Shown: one piece after another, positions 23,018 to 24,000 of the stretch
Position numbering within the stretch: the first letter of the stretch is position 1
Layout of the letters: each line of letters opens with the position of its first letter
Source: Desulfobulbaceae bacterium
GTDB taxonomy: Bacteria > Desulfobacterota > Desulfobulbia > Desulfobulbales > Desulfobulbaceae
Assembly: GCA_023544645.1 (NCBI GenBank)
Contig: JAMJFO010000006.1
Coordinates: 23,036 to 47,035 of the forward strand
Direction: 5' to 3'
DNA length: 24,000 bases
Program-made: the position numbers and the translations under genes
Notes under the pieces: generated by a model
Told to the model about the DNA's origin: nothing
The model's database searches: none
The model's input: the letters and a program-made list of their open reading frames with translations, nothing else

Positions 23018-24000
23018 TCACACCAGCCGGGCCATGACCTGGTTGGCGAAAACCATGCCGGCCGGCGAGAGACGAAGCCGGTCATTGCTCTGCTCCACAA
23101 GGCCCTGCTCTTCCAGGCGCAGCAGAATATCACCGTAATACGCAAGGATATCGACATTGAAACGCCGGGCGATCTCAGTCATGGAAATTCCATCGGTCAT
23201 CCGCAGGCCCATGATCACGGTCTCCCGCAAACGTGCTTCCGCATCCAGCTCTTCGATATCCGACCACCATTCCTTTCCCGAGCCGATTCTCCGGCAGAAC
23301 TCGTCGATATCCTCGATGGCCCGGCAGCGCCGCCCGGCGAGACAGGAAACCGCACCAGGCCCGAGACCTGCATACCAGCCGTTGCGCCAGTAGTTGATAT
23401 TATGGCGGCATTGTTTGCCGGGTCTGGCATAGTTGGAAATCTCATAGCGGGAAAATTCTGCCTGGGCGGTCCTTGCCGCCGTTACGGCCATCATTTCCAT
23501 GACCTCGTCTTCACCGGGCAGGCAAAGGCTTCCCTGCTGCCTGCGACGGGCAAACGGGGTTCCCTCTTCAATGGTGAGCTCGTAGACGGCCAGGTGGTCA
23601 GGCTCCAGTTCCATGGCCGCCACCAGGGTCTGCTCCCAACTGGCCACCGTCTGGGCCGGCAGGCCATACATCAGGTCCATGTTCAGGTTGGCAAATCCCG
23701 CTCCCCGCGCCTCATGTACCGTGCGGATTGCCTCTGCCGCGGTATGCGGCCGCCCAATTTCCCGCAGCTCCCTGTCAACAAGGGACTGCACCCCGATGGA
23801 TATGCGGTTGTATCCGGCCCGGCACAGCCGGGCCAGTTCCGCACCCCCCACGGTTGCCGGATTGACCTCTACCGAGGTCTCCACCTCCTCCGCGGCCATG
23901 GGGAAGTGGCGGCGGAAATATGCCAGCAGAGCGGCAAGCTGCTCGGGTTCCAGCAGCGAAGGGGTGCCGCCGCCGACAAAGATGGTGGCCGCCTGTCGAC
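23018..24000 (-). CDS. hemW: Radical SAM HemW / HemN-like coproporphyrinogen III oxidase family protein (N-terminus outside the window)
   Basis: The frame stays open to the window edge (TIFVGGGTPSLLEPEQLAALL... upstream of the track's Met at 23899). Motifs are NRISIGVQS, NMDLMYGLPAQT, HLAVYELTIEEGTPF and YEISNYARPGKQCRHNINYW. The CxxxCxxC cluster motif would lie beyond 24000. Confidence 0.9.
   Translation of the reverse strand, partial: RQAATIFVGGGTPSLLEPEQLAALLAYFRRHFPMAAEEVETSVEVNPATVGGAELARLCRAGYNRISIGVQSLVDRELREIGRPHTAAEAIRTVHEARGAGFANLNMDLMYGLPAQTVASWEQTLVAAMELEPDHLAVYELTIEEGTPFARRRQQGSLCLPGEDEVMEMMAVTAARTAQAEFSRYEISNYARPGKQCRHNINYWRNGWYAGLGPGAVSCLAGRRCRAIEDIDEFCRRIGSGKEWWSDIEELDAEARLRETVIMGLRMTDGISMTEIARRFNVDILAYYGDILLRLEEQGLVEQSNDRLRLSPAGMVFANQVMARLV

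Noticed and set aside
1-24000. Scan for CRISPR arrays, IS elements or inverted terminal repeats, integrase/att sites, toxin-antitoxin pairs, defence-system genes and in-frame TGA (selenocysteine) recoding
   Set aside because: I recognised no direct-repeat/spacer periodicity, transposase or recombinase motifs, or split ORFs separated by a single TGA. The window appears to be core chromosome rather than an accessory island.

Overview
The window reads as a chromosomal, mostly housekeeping neighbourhood. Protein similarities suggest a Deltaproteobacteria/Desulfobacterota-type genome, but I cannot verify that. I support 13 coding regions (two truncated by the window edges), one tRNA, one cobalamin riboswitch with its terminator, one further terminator and three tentative promoters. 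From left to right the genes are: a COG1579 zinc-ribbon fragment, nif3-like, tRNA(CAT), a polytopic M48 peptidase with TPR tail, a divergent pterin-binding (DHPS/MeTr-fold) protein behind the riboswitch, a translationally coupled HEAT-repeat protein plus HD-GYP phosphodiesterase, a divergently transcribed 1417-aa PPDK-like protein, nadA, a LetA/LetB-like pair with seven MCE domains, a small lipoprotein, purL and hemW. I saw no CRISPR array, transposase, integrase, IS ends, long repeats or recognisable defence genes. The best candidate for something undescribed is the 1417-aa protein. It carries the ATP-grasp and phosphohistidine swivel domains of pyruvate phosphate dikinase but not the PEP/pyruvate TIM barrel, and it has about 915 N-terminal residues I cannot assign. 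It sits back-to-back with the HEAT/HD-GYP operon. The second candidate is the B12 riboswitch driving an orphan pterin-binding-fold protein. All functional calls rest on by-eye motif recognition, because no database search or folding computation was possible.
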